Made by a program: the position numbers and the translations under genes. DNA of 64,000 nt from positions 660,150-724,149 of the forward strand of contig NW_027192195.1 in assembly GCF_041956535.1 (NCBI RefSeq), given 5' to 3'. The notes under the pieces are model-generated. The model made no database searches and was not told where the DNA came from. It saw only the letters and a list, made by a program, of their open reading frames with translations. Source of the DNA: Calcarisporiella thermophila CBS 279.70. Taxonomy: Eukaryota; Fungi; Calcarisporiellomycota. This document shows positions 1-11,789 of this stretch, in pieces (the first letter of the stretch is position 1; each line of letters opens with the position of its first letter).

Positions 1-1449
1 CAGTTTGTCCTTCTCCTCTGCCCCGTTTTCTTCTCGTCCACGGCAGATACTTATGCCGCCCACCAGGTTTTACCAACCTCGGGGACACAAACCACCCAAA
101 CACTACCGCCATTGTGAATCTAACCATGATCAAGCTCACAATCACCGAGAGCGTAAGCATCATGACGACATTGGCTGCAATACATCCTACAGTATCGCGT
201 GAGATAACACCAACAGCATAGCGTCCCTCGAGGCAATCCATTGCATCTTTTGTTTCAGGACGTGTTGCGAAAGCAGCAGTAGCATCGCGACCGAGCCCTC
301 TTAAAATTCGCTCGTGAACAGATGTGCCGAAATAAGGATCACCGTGCTCGAGATACAAGCTCATGTTAAGAACCAGATTATTCAGCACCATAAGGCGAGT
401 ACGAGGATCAAGATGATTTGGAATAAGATCTTCCCATTCGAAAAATAGAGCACCTAAAGGCCGCAAAACCTGTCTCAAATCACCCAAAGGAATGCACTGT
501 GGCGCTACTATCCACCCTCCATACGGACTATACACTATGCAGCTTCTGTTATTAAGCGCTCGCATATTCCTGTCATATAAGACACAGCTTCCACCAGTTG
601 CATCAAATAGCCCAGAGAGATCCACTCCCTGATAATCTTTTAAAAGTTCAATCCCATAATGTGCAAGGAATATTCTCATATCATTAAAGCGATAAAGTTC
701 GCCATGCACAGAAACGTCCTCTCGCCACACCTTTACAGGCTGACCCGCAGGTCCCGGCTGAGTGTAGGAAAAGGAGACGCGTTTCTCGGGACATAAGAGA
801 GGTTGCAGACCATAGGTGATGAATCCCAAAAGGCCACAAAATATTAGAATAATAAAACACAATGCAACCTGTATGGAACCATTTATAAGTTGGTTAATAT
901 GGGTCGCTTTTGTTACAATACTTTGGTGAAATCGATACTTACTTTTTCTCTCCATGCCTGTTGCACCAATTTGTTTTTTTTTCCACAACACGTCCTCAGC
1001 AAAAACCCTGGCACGCAACATGTCACAAGCCATGAAAAGAGTGTCCAAATACCCAGTGGGACTTCCCCTTCTTCTCCATTACTCGGCTGCTCTTTGTTAT
1101 TCGGAGCTACCATTGGTCTTCGCACCGATCTGGCTCTGTGAATCTCTGAGCCATCACGAATCAGAGGTTGGCGTGAACGGTGTCGATCTGGTCTTATAAG
1201 AGAATGTGTACGATCGAACTGGCGATTTTCAGCAGTGTAATTTTGTACTCGAAGAAGCTCTCGGTCATGAATACGATGAGATTGCTGTACAATTCGAGTA
1301 TGAGAATGGGGAGGCGGTGTTGGCTGCTGACGGTTAACTTGCTGCTGAGAAGGTAAAGTATATTGTGAGCGATGAGCTGGATCACTCTTATGTATAGGAC
1401 TGGTTGGATATTGAGTATGGTTGTGATAGCGAGATCTCTGGCTACTCAT
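1..1449 (-). CDS. CHS3: Chitin synthase, class IV (Chs3-like), 5' part; runs off the window start. Exons 1449-943 and 868-1
   Basis: RTHSLIRPDR and W..FSWLVTCCVP..LL....QQAWREK|VALCFIIL motifs. GT-AG intron 942-869. Exon 2 is open to base 1 with the luminal region (GRDAT, CL..RY.VG.I..DTVGCIA) and a TM segment (RFTMAVVFGW). The catalytic domain lies outside the window. Confidence 0.85.
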
Positions 1450-1741
1450 TATTTAAACACGCTCTAATAAAGATTAACAGAATTATGAAGAGAGAGAAGA
1501 AAAGGAGAGAAGGAATTTTCTAATAATATTCAGAAGAATTACGAGGTTATAAGGACCAAAATGGAACAGAAACCATCATAAAAGAGGAATTGAGCGCAAG
1601 GCAGCAAGGAATAAAGATGCACGGTAACTGAAGAATGGAAATTTGTTAATCTCGTCCTGATTTGGAAAGCTCGAAATGTACACGTTACAACTTACAATTT
1701 TGCACTCGAGATTAAAAAATTATTATTGATATTGATATTGA

Positions 1742-1786
1742 TCAAAGATGGTATTCTACCATAATATGGTAGAATACCATCTTTGA
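1742..1786. repeat. Perfect 45-bp palindrome (22-bp arms, 1-nt centre)
   Basis: TCAAAGATGGTATTCTACCATA-A-TATGGTAGAATACCATCTTTGA; arms are exact reverse complements. Confidence 0.97.
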
Positions 1787-1998
1787 ATGTACACGATTTC
1801 CTACGGAAATTCATCATTTGTTTAGAAAAGAGGCAAGCTAAACTTTAATTCGACCGGTACTAAGTTTCTTATATGGGCTATACAGTATCGAGATATAGAA
1901 TTGTAGAATGAATGAACTAATGGTTATCTATTAATTCCTTTATAAGCAACCAAATATCCACAGCATAATAGAAATAATATAATCAGATACATTTTAAT

Positions 1999-3499
1999 GC
2001 TAATTTGATGGTGGTTGCGATGAAGGAGTTAGGAGATTGTGCGACATAGTATTCTATACTGATGCAAATTATGGCAAGCATACAATCGTAGAACTTATAA
2101 AGCTGGCTTCGTAGTAGCACGATAAACGATAAATATAAGCAACAATAACTCTCTGTGATGTTCAAGGACTGTTTGATGTATCACCTAATGTTTACCTAAA
2201 ATAAAAAGTAGATGTTTGAATTCTACTCTTACTATGGCTGACTTACATATTTAATGATATGGTATGGCATCCCGCTGACCACCTATTTCCCTTGATAATA
2301 GCTTTGATTAAGGCTTCACAGATATTTCAAGTCTATAAATGATTAAGACTTTCCATTGGGCGAGTAATTAGTCATTTCCTGCTGTTCGTAGTGGCTCGCT
2401 AAAGAAAGACTCCAGCAATATTCCACAAAAATAAAGTTGCCAGTGGATGAGAACTTTTAATGATCCAATGCATTCTCGTGAAACATATATGGCTACGAGG
2501 CTGGTTTAAAATGCCCTCGAAGATATTGAAAAGACCGATTTGACTATGTAGTTAGATTTTTATGGAATTGTACACGATCCTCTCTTCAGCGAGTCCCTTT
2601 GAACGCCATGAATTCCTTAATCGTTTGTACAATAGCTGTTTCTAATCCCTTTTATGCTTGATAAATATCCCTAAAACCCTTATAAAGAGTTATTGTTGAA
2701 ATATTCACGTGATCTGCTGGACATCATATCACATCGAAAGGTATGAAGTGCAATGATGAGGTTGTCACACAAATATTTCCGCACGAATTACAAACACTTC
2801 AAACAACTTTCCAAAATAATCGTAATTGTCGGGCTTCGCAGAGATTTACTGTATTGTTTTCATCTGTACTCTTACGAAGACAACTCGAATGTGCAGCTTG
2901 ATCATATGCCTGCCATAATATCGTCACTGCAATACAATCTAATAGAGCAGCACAAATATTAATATATGGCATTTTACACCTAATATAATGCCATTCTGAA
3001 AACTAAACATTTAATCACAGTCAGGTAATTCCTGTAGCCTAGACATCAATCTGGATTTCTAACCCAGGCTTGCTGGTGGTGTTATAAAACGTAATTCGAG
3101 TAGTCATACCATGACATCACGACCTTCATTCCACTAGAGTTTCTCCAAAATCATGCCATAGCAGTTTCCAAGCTGGAAGAACTCGAATAAGCGGACCACA
3201 TTTGTCACATCCTTAAGTTGTAGTGCACATAGATTGAATAAATTTCACGGTTAAAGAAGATAGCGTATCTAAGTAGCATAACTACCTGCAACTCTTGGAT
3301 TTCGCTTCCATCGCCAAATTTTACTACCAAAACGTAATCACAATCTCGGCGTCGAAGATGAAATGCACGCGAATGCCCATTCTGATAGTATGAGTGAACG
3401 ATATTTAACGCGTATATGAATATATCAATGGTTAATGTCATAGATATGGATGAAAATGTCTTACGTGTCCTAATAGAGTAATTAACTCATAGCCATACT
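1999..3499 (-). pseudogene. Decayed kinase half of copy A
   Basis: Out-of-frame kinase N-lobe (MLRFAMKYGYE, VLVVKFGDGSEI, VVRLFEFFQLGNCYGMILEKL). GAG>TAG at 3136-3134. Catalytic lobe absent. Terminal SQPPSN* remnant at about 2020-2000 matches the end of copy B. Confidence 0.75.
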
Positions 3500-5361
3500 T
3501 CATAGCGAATCGTAGCATTGTGAAAGCAACAGGCCTTCTTCCCTGCTATCATCGGTACCACCTCTGTCGCGCTCTTTGCCCTTTCTTGAGAGTTTCATGT
3601 ATGGAGTGTATTTTGTCACTGACGGACAAGATTTGAGTCCAGGCTGTGGTCCTGGAAATCGATCTAGGATATGAACTCAAATTAATAATTCTAAATAGAA
3701 AGATGTGTGTGAAAACTTGCCTTTACTTATATGGCCAGGTTGTCTTCGAAGACTTAAGTAATTCAGCATCGCATCTCGGACAGGTCCACGGAGGAAGCTA
3801 CTAATTTTGAGGATGTGTTCAAAGTTGGCAACTAGAACATTGTCGATTGTTAATCGTCCTTTAAGTATTTGCTCTTGAAGACAGAAGTTGAATTTCACAA
3901 TATCGTTGCGGCGTTCGCGGACAGGGTGCATTTCCACGAATTCAAAATACCCATTTGTTGATAGCAGGACTCCATACACTCGGAGTTTCTCAACATGTAT
4001 ATCAGCTATAGGTCGAGCCATTATTTCTAAAGAACGCCGCAGTAGTTGTGCTAGTTTGCGAGTGTCTTTGTGTGCTGACTCCATAGGATCTCTTGGACCC
4101 TCGACCTCAACAATGAATATTGGGATTTTCTCATCGCCATAATCCAAAACACCGCTGCAGAGATCAGCTTTAGGTTTCCAGATCTGGTTGACCTGGATTG
4201 AACATTGCTGTTGAACGAAAATCCGAGCAATTCCTGCCGTGCGTAGTGGTATGCCAAAGAGAGGCTCAAGCACTGTCCCACAAAAATCTAACTCCACGGC
4301 CGATCTAGCGTATCCAATGGCCTCCAGCGCATTGCATACCAGACTTGTAGACAGGTATTTCTCTCGAGGCGGGAACTGAATATCCAACTCTCTCCAGTTG
4401 TCTGCAGTCACTTTGGGCGGTGTGGTGCTGAGGGCTATGTTCTGGGTGGTTTGCGATATCGTCTATAAATCGTATATTTTCAAATTTTAATGTATATCCG
4501 TTCTACACATATGCAACACACTTACCCTAAAAGCTCTTTCGAATACTTTAATCACCTCTTGCCTTTTGTTCTCTGTTATCAGGATAGGAAATACGTAGCG
4601 CCAATCGAGCGAAAGGAGGTCGTGTGGGGTGGGAGCTAAGAGACCCCTCAAATGCTCGGTGAATGAATCGGAAGCTTCACGCAAGGTGTTACTGTCGAGA
4701 GTCTCAGGTGGCCAACGTGAAGCCAAATCATATCGAAATATATGTAGGGCAGCCATGGTAAGGGAGGTATTTAAATATCTACGAATAAAGTTAACCTCAC
4801 ATTAATCTGTTGAATAGTGCAGAGATTTACATGGCTGTGCTTTTAGCATCTTCTCTGCTATCACGCTGCCAAGTTGAATAAATGCAACGAGCGTATGTTT
4901 GCCATATTTTCGCGTCGACAAAACATTCTAGAGAAAGAGGCATAGGTGTATTAATATATGTATGCTTTGATATATATAAAGTAAAACGATATTCCATACT
5001 CGATGTGATATCATCATTTAAACAATACACTTGGTCGAGGTTAGGTGAATCCCAATCAAACACTGGAGTTATAGTCATTGTTGCACACTCTGTGGTCTGA
5101 GTTGATAAGGGAGTTGAAAATGTAATTCGCGGACTTTCTCCCTTAGATTGAGTCTCAAGTGGTATGTGGGGCATTATGGAACTAATTGCAACATTATTCG
5201 ACGTTCTTGTTTTCACTTTTTTCCTCGCTTGCTGAACATCATTCTCTCCTGTTAATAATTATATACAGCTCTTCATTCTAGTTAAACAAACAGATATTTT
5301 TCTCACCCTTTACTTTTTGCTTTTTCGTTAATGCAGTCTGCAATCTGGTCTTCGGAGGCAT
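3500..5361 (-). CDS. Copy A: PD-(D/E)xK restriction-endonuclease-fold protein, nuclease-only derivative of the nuclease-kinase gene
   Basis: ATG 5361 (MPPKTRLQ..). Spliced frame stays open through canonical introns and the nuclease (KADLC...IPIFIVEVEG...HKDTRKL). A 19-nt shortfall versus copy B near 3530 shifts the frame to TGA at 3502-3500. Confidence 0.65.
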
Positions 5362-5738
5362 ACAGACAGCCTTTTAATGTCGAAAATATTAGTCTTTATA
5401 CCAAGAAAATATCTAGTTTTGTGACAGGCATTTCAAATTAATAAACTATCAAAAAGATATGAATTTTATTCCTTAAGGGAACCTTAAACCTCAGGTTAAT
5501 TTGAAAAAGTTTAAAACAATTTTCAATTATTATGATAGATTTAGAGCTCTCAATGCACACGCTTGCCAACAAAAATCGAACATTTATTTTCGCAAAGGAG
5601 CATACTACATTATTATGTTTTGTAGTGAGACTCGTGTGTATCCTAGAAAATATCGAGATATACAGTAATATGGATATAGACAAGTAGGCAAATTGCCACA
5701 ATAGAGTATAAGTACTAAATATCAGAGCGAGTTTATTG

Positions 5739-8702
5739 CTAATTTGATGGTGGTTGTGACTCGGGTGTCGGGATATCGAGCGGTATCTTTTGTTCTAGAT
5801 ACTTCAACACATCTAAGGCAGTAGGACGCTTACTTGGAGAGCTATGGATTAGACGTGGTCCAAGTGGGCCTGCGAAGGTATTGCAAAAATTGGTTACATA
5901 TACCAGTGCATAATAAATGGGTCCCAACTCACCAAGACTTGATAACAAATACATATATTGGAGGGTTCTGCCTGCACTGTAGATGTCCGCTGGATATCCA
6001 TGCGGCTCACCTCGATCGACCTCTGGAGCAATGAACGTGTCAGTACCAGCATTACTGATGGTGGTCGCATCTCCAATTTTCTCGGCTAGGTTAAAATCGA
6101 AGAGAGCCCATCTATCAAACAAGAATGGCACATAATTGTCAGAAGAGAATATCCTTTTAGAGAGGGAGAAAATAACAGCAGTATGCAAGCAATGGTGAAT
6201 AATGTAGAGTGCTTAATGAAGTACCGGTTTCTCATAGGGCTGTATCCAAAATTGTCAGGCTTAATGTCGTGATGGACAATTCCTCTGCTATGGAGAGCAT
6301 GGAGTGCCGAAAACAGATCCTTAACATATCTCTCCTGTTTCGGTAAAATCAAGGTGGAGGTGATAGAAAATCAGCAAATAGCAATGGCACGTGTAGTTGA
6401 AGAAGCGAGTAGTCATACCATGACATTATGATCTTCATTCCGCTCGAGTTTCTCCAAAATCATGCCATAGCAGTTTCCAAGCTGGAAGAACTTGAATAAA
6501 CGGACCACATTTGTCACATCCTTTGGGTGTAGTGCATGCGAGTTAAATAAATTATACGATTAAAGATACCGAATCGAAGTGGCATAGCTACCTGCAACCC
6601 TTGAAGATATTGAATTTCCCTTCCATCGCCAAACTTTACTACCAACACGTAGTCATTATCTCCACGTCGAAGATGGAATGCACGTGAACGACCGTTCTGA
6701 CCATTTAGATGAATCACATTAAATGCGTATATGAATAGGTCAATGGTAAGCGTCATGAGTATAAAAAAATGCCTTACATCTCCTAGTAGAGTAATAAATT
6801 CATAGCCACACTTCATAGCATGACGCAGCATGGAGAAACCAACTTTTTGAATATCACCATGGTATTCTTCCTCTCCGTTATCATCGTTACCCTCTTTGTC
6901 TCTTTTTATGCCCTTTCTTGAGGGTTTCTTTTCTGGAGTGAATTTTGTCGATGATGGGCGAGATTTGAGTCCAGGTTGTGGTCCTGGAAACCGATCTAAA
7001 ATATGAACTCACATTAATAATTCTGGATAGATTTGTGGTGTGAGTGTGAAAACTTGCCCTCACTTATATGGCCAGTCTCTTCTATAAGTTCTAAGTAGCT
7101 TAGCATCGCATCCCGAACAGGTCCACGGAGGAAGCTACTAATTTTAAGGATGAGCTCAAAATTAATACGCTCAACTCTCTCAATTTGTAATCGTCCTTCA
7201 AGTAATTTCTCTTGAAGACAGAAGTTGAATTTCACGATATCGTTGCGGCGTTCACGGACAGGATGCATCTCCACGAATTCAAAGTAGCCATTTGTTGATA
7301 GAAGGACTCCATACACTCGGAGTTTCTCAACATGTATATCAGATATAGTTCGAGCCATTATTTCTAAGGAATGCCGCAGTAGTTGTGCTAGTTTGCGAGT
7401 GTCTTTGTGTGCTGACTGCATTGGATCTCTTGGACCCTCGACCTCAACAATGAATATTGGGATTTTCTCACTGCTACGAACTATGCCACTGCAGAGATCA
7501 GGTTTAGGTGCCCAATTCTGGTTGACCTGGATTGAATATTGCTGTTGAACGAAAATTTCGGCAATCCCTGCCGTGCGTAGTGGCTTGCCAAAGAGAGGCT
7601 CAAGCACTGTCCCACAAAAATCTAACTCCACGGCCGATCTAGCGTCTTCAATGGCCTCCAGCGCATTGCATACCAGACTTGTAGACAGGTATTTCTCTCG
7701 AGGCGGGAACTGAATATCCAACTCTCTCCAGTTGTCTGCAGTCACTTTGGGCGGTGTGGTGCTGAGGGCTATGTTCTGGGTGGTTTGCGATATCGTCTAT
7801 AAATCGCATATTTTCAAATTTTAATGTATATCCGTTCTACACATATGCAACACACTTACCCTAAAAGCTCTTTCGAATACTTTAATCACCTCTTGCCTTT
7901 TGTTCTCTGTTATCAGGATAGGAAATACGTAGCGCCAATCGAGCGAAAGGAGGTCGTGTGGGGTGGGAGCTAAGCGACCCCTCAAATGCTCGGTGAATGA
8001 ATCGGAAGCTTCACGCAAGGTGTTACTTTCGAGAGTCTCAGGTGGCCAACGTGAAGCCAAATCATATCGAAATATATGTAGGGCAGCCATGGTAAGGGAG
8101 GCATTTAAATATCTACGCATATATTTAAGTTAACCTCATATGAATTTGGTGGAGTGCAGGTATTTACTGGACGGTAATTTTATCCTCCTCCGTCTTGTCT
8201 CGCTGCCAGACTAAATAAGCATTACGAGCATATTTTTGCCATAATTTCGCGTCAGCAAAACATTCTATAGAAAGACGAGTATGTGTGGTAATATATGTGC
8301 GCTTTTTGTATCTATTATAAAATGATTTTTCTTACCTGACTTGATCTCATCATCTAAATAATACACCTGATCAAGATTGGGAGAATCCCAGGTAAGTTCA
8401 GGTGATATTTCTTTTGATGAGGACTCTGTGATCTGAGTTGCTAAAGGAGTTGAGAACTTAATTCGCGAACTCCCTCCTTTAGATTGGATCCTTTGTGGTG
8501 TGTGGGGCATTATGGAACTAGTTGCAACAACTTCTGTTTGTGATGACTTTGTTTTCGCTCTTTTCCTTGCTGGCTGATTTTCATCTTTTCCTGTAAATAA
8601 TATATATGCCTTTTCATACTGGTAATAAACAAGCATATATTGTAATTCCTCACCCTCTGCTTTTTTCTCCAAAGCATGTTGTAGTCTTGTTTTCGGAGAC
8701 AT
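5739..8702 (-). CDS. Copy B: intact PD-(D/E)xK nuclease + Ser/Thr protein kinase fusion (Crinkler-type/Spok-like architecture)
   Basis: ATG 8702, basic N-terminus PARKRAK. Nuclease KPDLC...IFIVEVEG. Linker FPGPQPG. Kinase motifs VVK, REI, HHDIKPDN, DFNLA, GT.TFIAPE, DIYSAG, RPTA. Multi-exon with canonical GT-AG introns. Confidence 0.8.
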
Positions 8703-10017
8703 ACTGTCATCCTTTAATATCGAAAATATATTTTTTTGATTTGATAACAAGAGATTCTTTTCGCGTTTCCTGACTGAAGCATATTTATTTTTAATGGGAA
8801 ACTTTCAGATAAAAACAAACGAAAAATTAATAGCCTTTACTATTGATATAATCGGATCGGATCCTCACACTTATTAACATTCATACATTTTTTCAAATAA
8901 CTTTGATTTAGTAGATTTATACTCTTTACAGCATCGGGATATATTAGTCTATGGGATATAAGAATAGACAAAGTGCAAAATTGCCACAGTGTAATAAAAA
9001 CAATATATTCACATTCGTTTCCGACCCGCTAGTTAGGAGATCATGTAGCATTGAATATTATGCGGATACAATATCACGGCAACCATATATCGTAGAAAAT
9101 ACAGAGCTATTAACGTAATAATGCAGGCGGAGAAAAATATACTTTAATTCATTGCGTGAGATTAGAGGGTCTCCACGTCATACCAAATTATATACTGGGC
9201 AGTCAAGGTGAGGAAGGCATACAAATATCTAAGAATACATTATAAAAATGCATCTTCGTTAAGCCAAAGGTAATAATGCAAATTCGTCAATGCTGTTATG
9301 CCTTATAACCTGTTCAGTGGTTTGGCCAATCAGTGACTTTGTTAATTGTCGAACGCGTAGATTAAGGCGATTTTGTTTATAAAAGAGATTATTCTAAGTA
9401 TTTTGCATGCAGGATGACCATTGGCAGAAAAATATGTGATTATAGCAATGCCTTACTTTACACTTTTAAAAGTGCTAGAAAAAGTTGTTGAGATTTGGTT
9501 TCGAAGAGATCGATCTCACTAAAAGTGAATGGGTCTTAATTATTCCGAAAGTTGTTAAATATTCCAGAAAGAGGGCAATAATCGGATAATAGATCTAAAA
9601 AAGCTGGCTATAAAATGAGTAAGAGGTCTGAAAGGACTTGACAACTTGGCTGCAAAACTACTTAAGAGGTGGTCAGACTATGGAGATGTACAGTATGATA
9701 CGAGGCAATAGATAATACAAAAAAGTATATAATATTGAATGAATCCTTTTGCCATTTATTCTCAATATCAAGGCAGAGAGACTTAGAAATGAAAGCTACT
9801 TTTATGTTTCTGTATTCTTAATGAAATACACATATAAACTGAAGATGAACAAAAAATACGATAGAAATATTATACGTATATAAAAGAAAATGCAGGCGAA
9901 AAAAAAAAAACTGAACTTTGCATTCAATGAGCTATGGTATATGACGATAAAAGATAAATAATAATAAAACATGGCGGCAAGCAAATAATAATAATAAGAG
10001 AAAAGAAAATAGGTGGA

Positions 10018-11708
10018 TTACTCCTTCTCCCACCAAACCTCGTTATTTTCTTCACAGCACACCATTCTGGCGACCTCTAACTGATCCCCGTTTGAAGTTG
10101 ATATAGAGATGGAGCCCGCGACGGACCGAAAATCACCACTTGCTTCCTTGAGGATTTCTTGAGAATCGGGCAACTCAATCCGTACCGCTCCGTTTCCCAG
10201 CACTTGGAGGGGCAGTGGGCCCCATTTCCCGAACCAAGCTCGATCGATTTGTGAAGCGAGCGGGCTATCTAATGAGAGGTCCACCGCTTGGCCATCTATC
10301 CGGACGTTCTTCTCTTCGAGGGAGCTCCCCGCGGAGGGGTAAACCACGCGCTCGGATCGCGACACGCCGACAATGGTCCAGCATGCCACGTCTGGAACCG
10401 AGATTCCTGATTCGTCGGTGGTGCTTTTTGTGGTTTTGAGGGTTGCTAAATTCAGCCAAGAGCCGGCGCGATCTTCCTCATCTTCCCCACTACACGAAGA
10501 AATATTGCCCACGGGGACATTGGCCGTGAAGAACTCTCCTGGATTGGCAACGCTCTCCAGTGCCACCTTGTGCATTTGGCCCACCGGGCCCCAAGCATCC
10601 TTCACAGCACCGCGCTCTACTTTTCTCACCCGTACGTGCATCTCCGCGCCTTCGCATTGAAGCACCACTTCCGTGCCATATACTAAGGATTCGCCTCGGC
10701 CGTGGAGGGTCAGCGCGCTCCACCCGGCGGCCGACACCACCAACTGGCCTCCAGCAGACATCTTGACGAACTTGGTGCGAACCGTTTGAGAGTTGATGCG
10801 ATTAAAGAGGGCGATCTGGCTTCCCATCGGAAGCGAGCCACGGGCGGCGGAGGAAGAGGTGGAAGATGAGGAGATGCTTGCAGATTTTTTCGAGGGTTTG
10901 GAGATAATCGTGATGGGACCGGTCTGGACCCGGAGATCCTCTGTGAGATCAAGACGCAGCCGGAAACGCTTGGCTTTGTCGGTGACATGGAGGTTTTTGA
11001 AACGGGTAGTGTGGGTGGAGTCGAGGGGGAGAGTTTGGGCGATGTCACCGACTGAGGCAGAGACCCGCTCGCATGTTAAAGGCCCCCCAACGGTAACGGT
11101 GGGCGGGGGACATAGGAAGCGCTTCTCGGAGCCATATGATTTTTGAGCAACGGAACCGTGCATGCACGTGATAGTCACTGGTTGAACCTAAAGTGAGATA
11201 AGGAGGTTAATGGGCGAGGAATTCAGGGCTGACAAGGTGCGCATGGACTTACATTCGCAACTGGCCAGTACTTTGCTTTCTTGGTTGCCCTCTCTCCGGC
11301 CTCTTCTTCGTCATCCTCACCCTCCTCTGTCTCTTCCTCAGATGACCAGATAGAAGAGGGGGGAGAACTCCTCTGCCGTTTTACGGTGGAGGAGGCAGCA
11401 GCTGACCGCGTAGTTGCCAAGAGGGATGCTATTGCATATTCGTCTGGAGTCAAGTCCATCTCCTCCATGACAGGAGAGGGAGATATCAGAGAGGCGATAG
11501 ACATGGGGGAAGCGGTCTTGGGTCTTGGCACGGCGTCTACGTGATTAGACTCCTCGATTGCGTTGAGGAGGGCGCTGAGGCCACCCGTGGAGGGATGCGG
11601 GGGCGTTGGCTGGAAGTGGCGCCAGCGCTTGTGGTTAAAGAAGGGGTCGTGATTCATAGTGCGGACGGTGGTACGTGTTGCGCTCGTAGCGCCTGTAATG
11701 GCTGGCAT
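10018..11708 (-). CDS. CSL (CBF1/Su(H)/LAG-1) family transcription factor, fungal Cbf11/Cbf12-like. Exons 11708-11253 and 11187-10018
   Basis: LAG1 DNA-binding motif H.SVAQKSYGSEKRFLCPPP, I.IISKPSKK, beta-trefoil GSQIALFNRINSQTVRTKF, CWTIVG. Low-complexity N-terminus. GT-AG intron 11252-11188. Confidence 0.93.
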
Positions 11709-11789
11709 TCCTGGGCGGTGGCTGGCTAACAGCAGTGAGAAAATGCAGTCTACGCTATGCAAATGGGATGGGATGGAGGGGAAATGGAA

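Larger units (their letters stand above)
1880..8990. repeat. Tandem duplication of about 3.3-3.7 kb (copy A about 1985-5700, copy B about 5720-8990)
   Basis: Colinear homology at offset about 3334 (e.g. 4252-4780 vs 7586-8114); both copies end in QPPSN*. Confidence 0.95.

Noticed and set aside
3667-3726. Apparent GC-AG intron (G|GCAAGT) after the nuclease exon in both copies
   Set aside because: A same-phase canonical GT donor (GTAAAG/GTGAGG) lies 6 nt upstream, so no GC donor is needed.
9460-9715. Possible DnaQ-type exonuclease remnant (IIDLKKLA..GLDNLAAKLL)
   Set aside because: Short, interrupted by stops, and no catalytic motifs visible.
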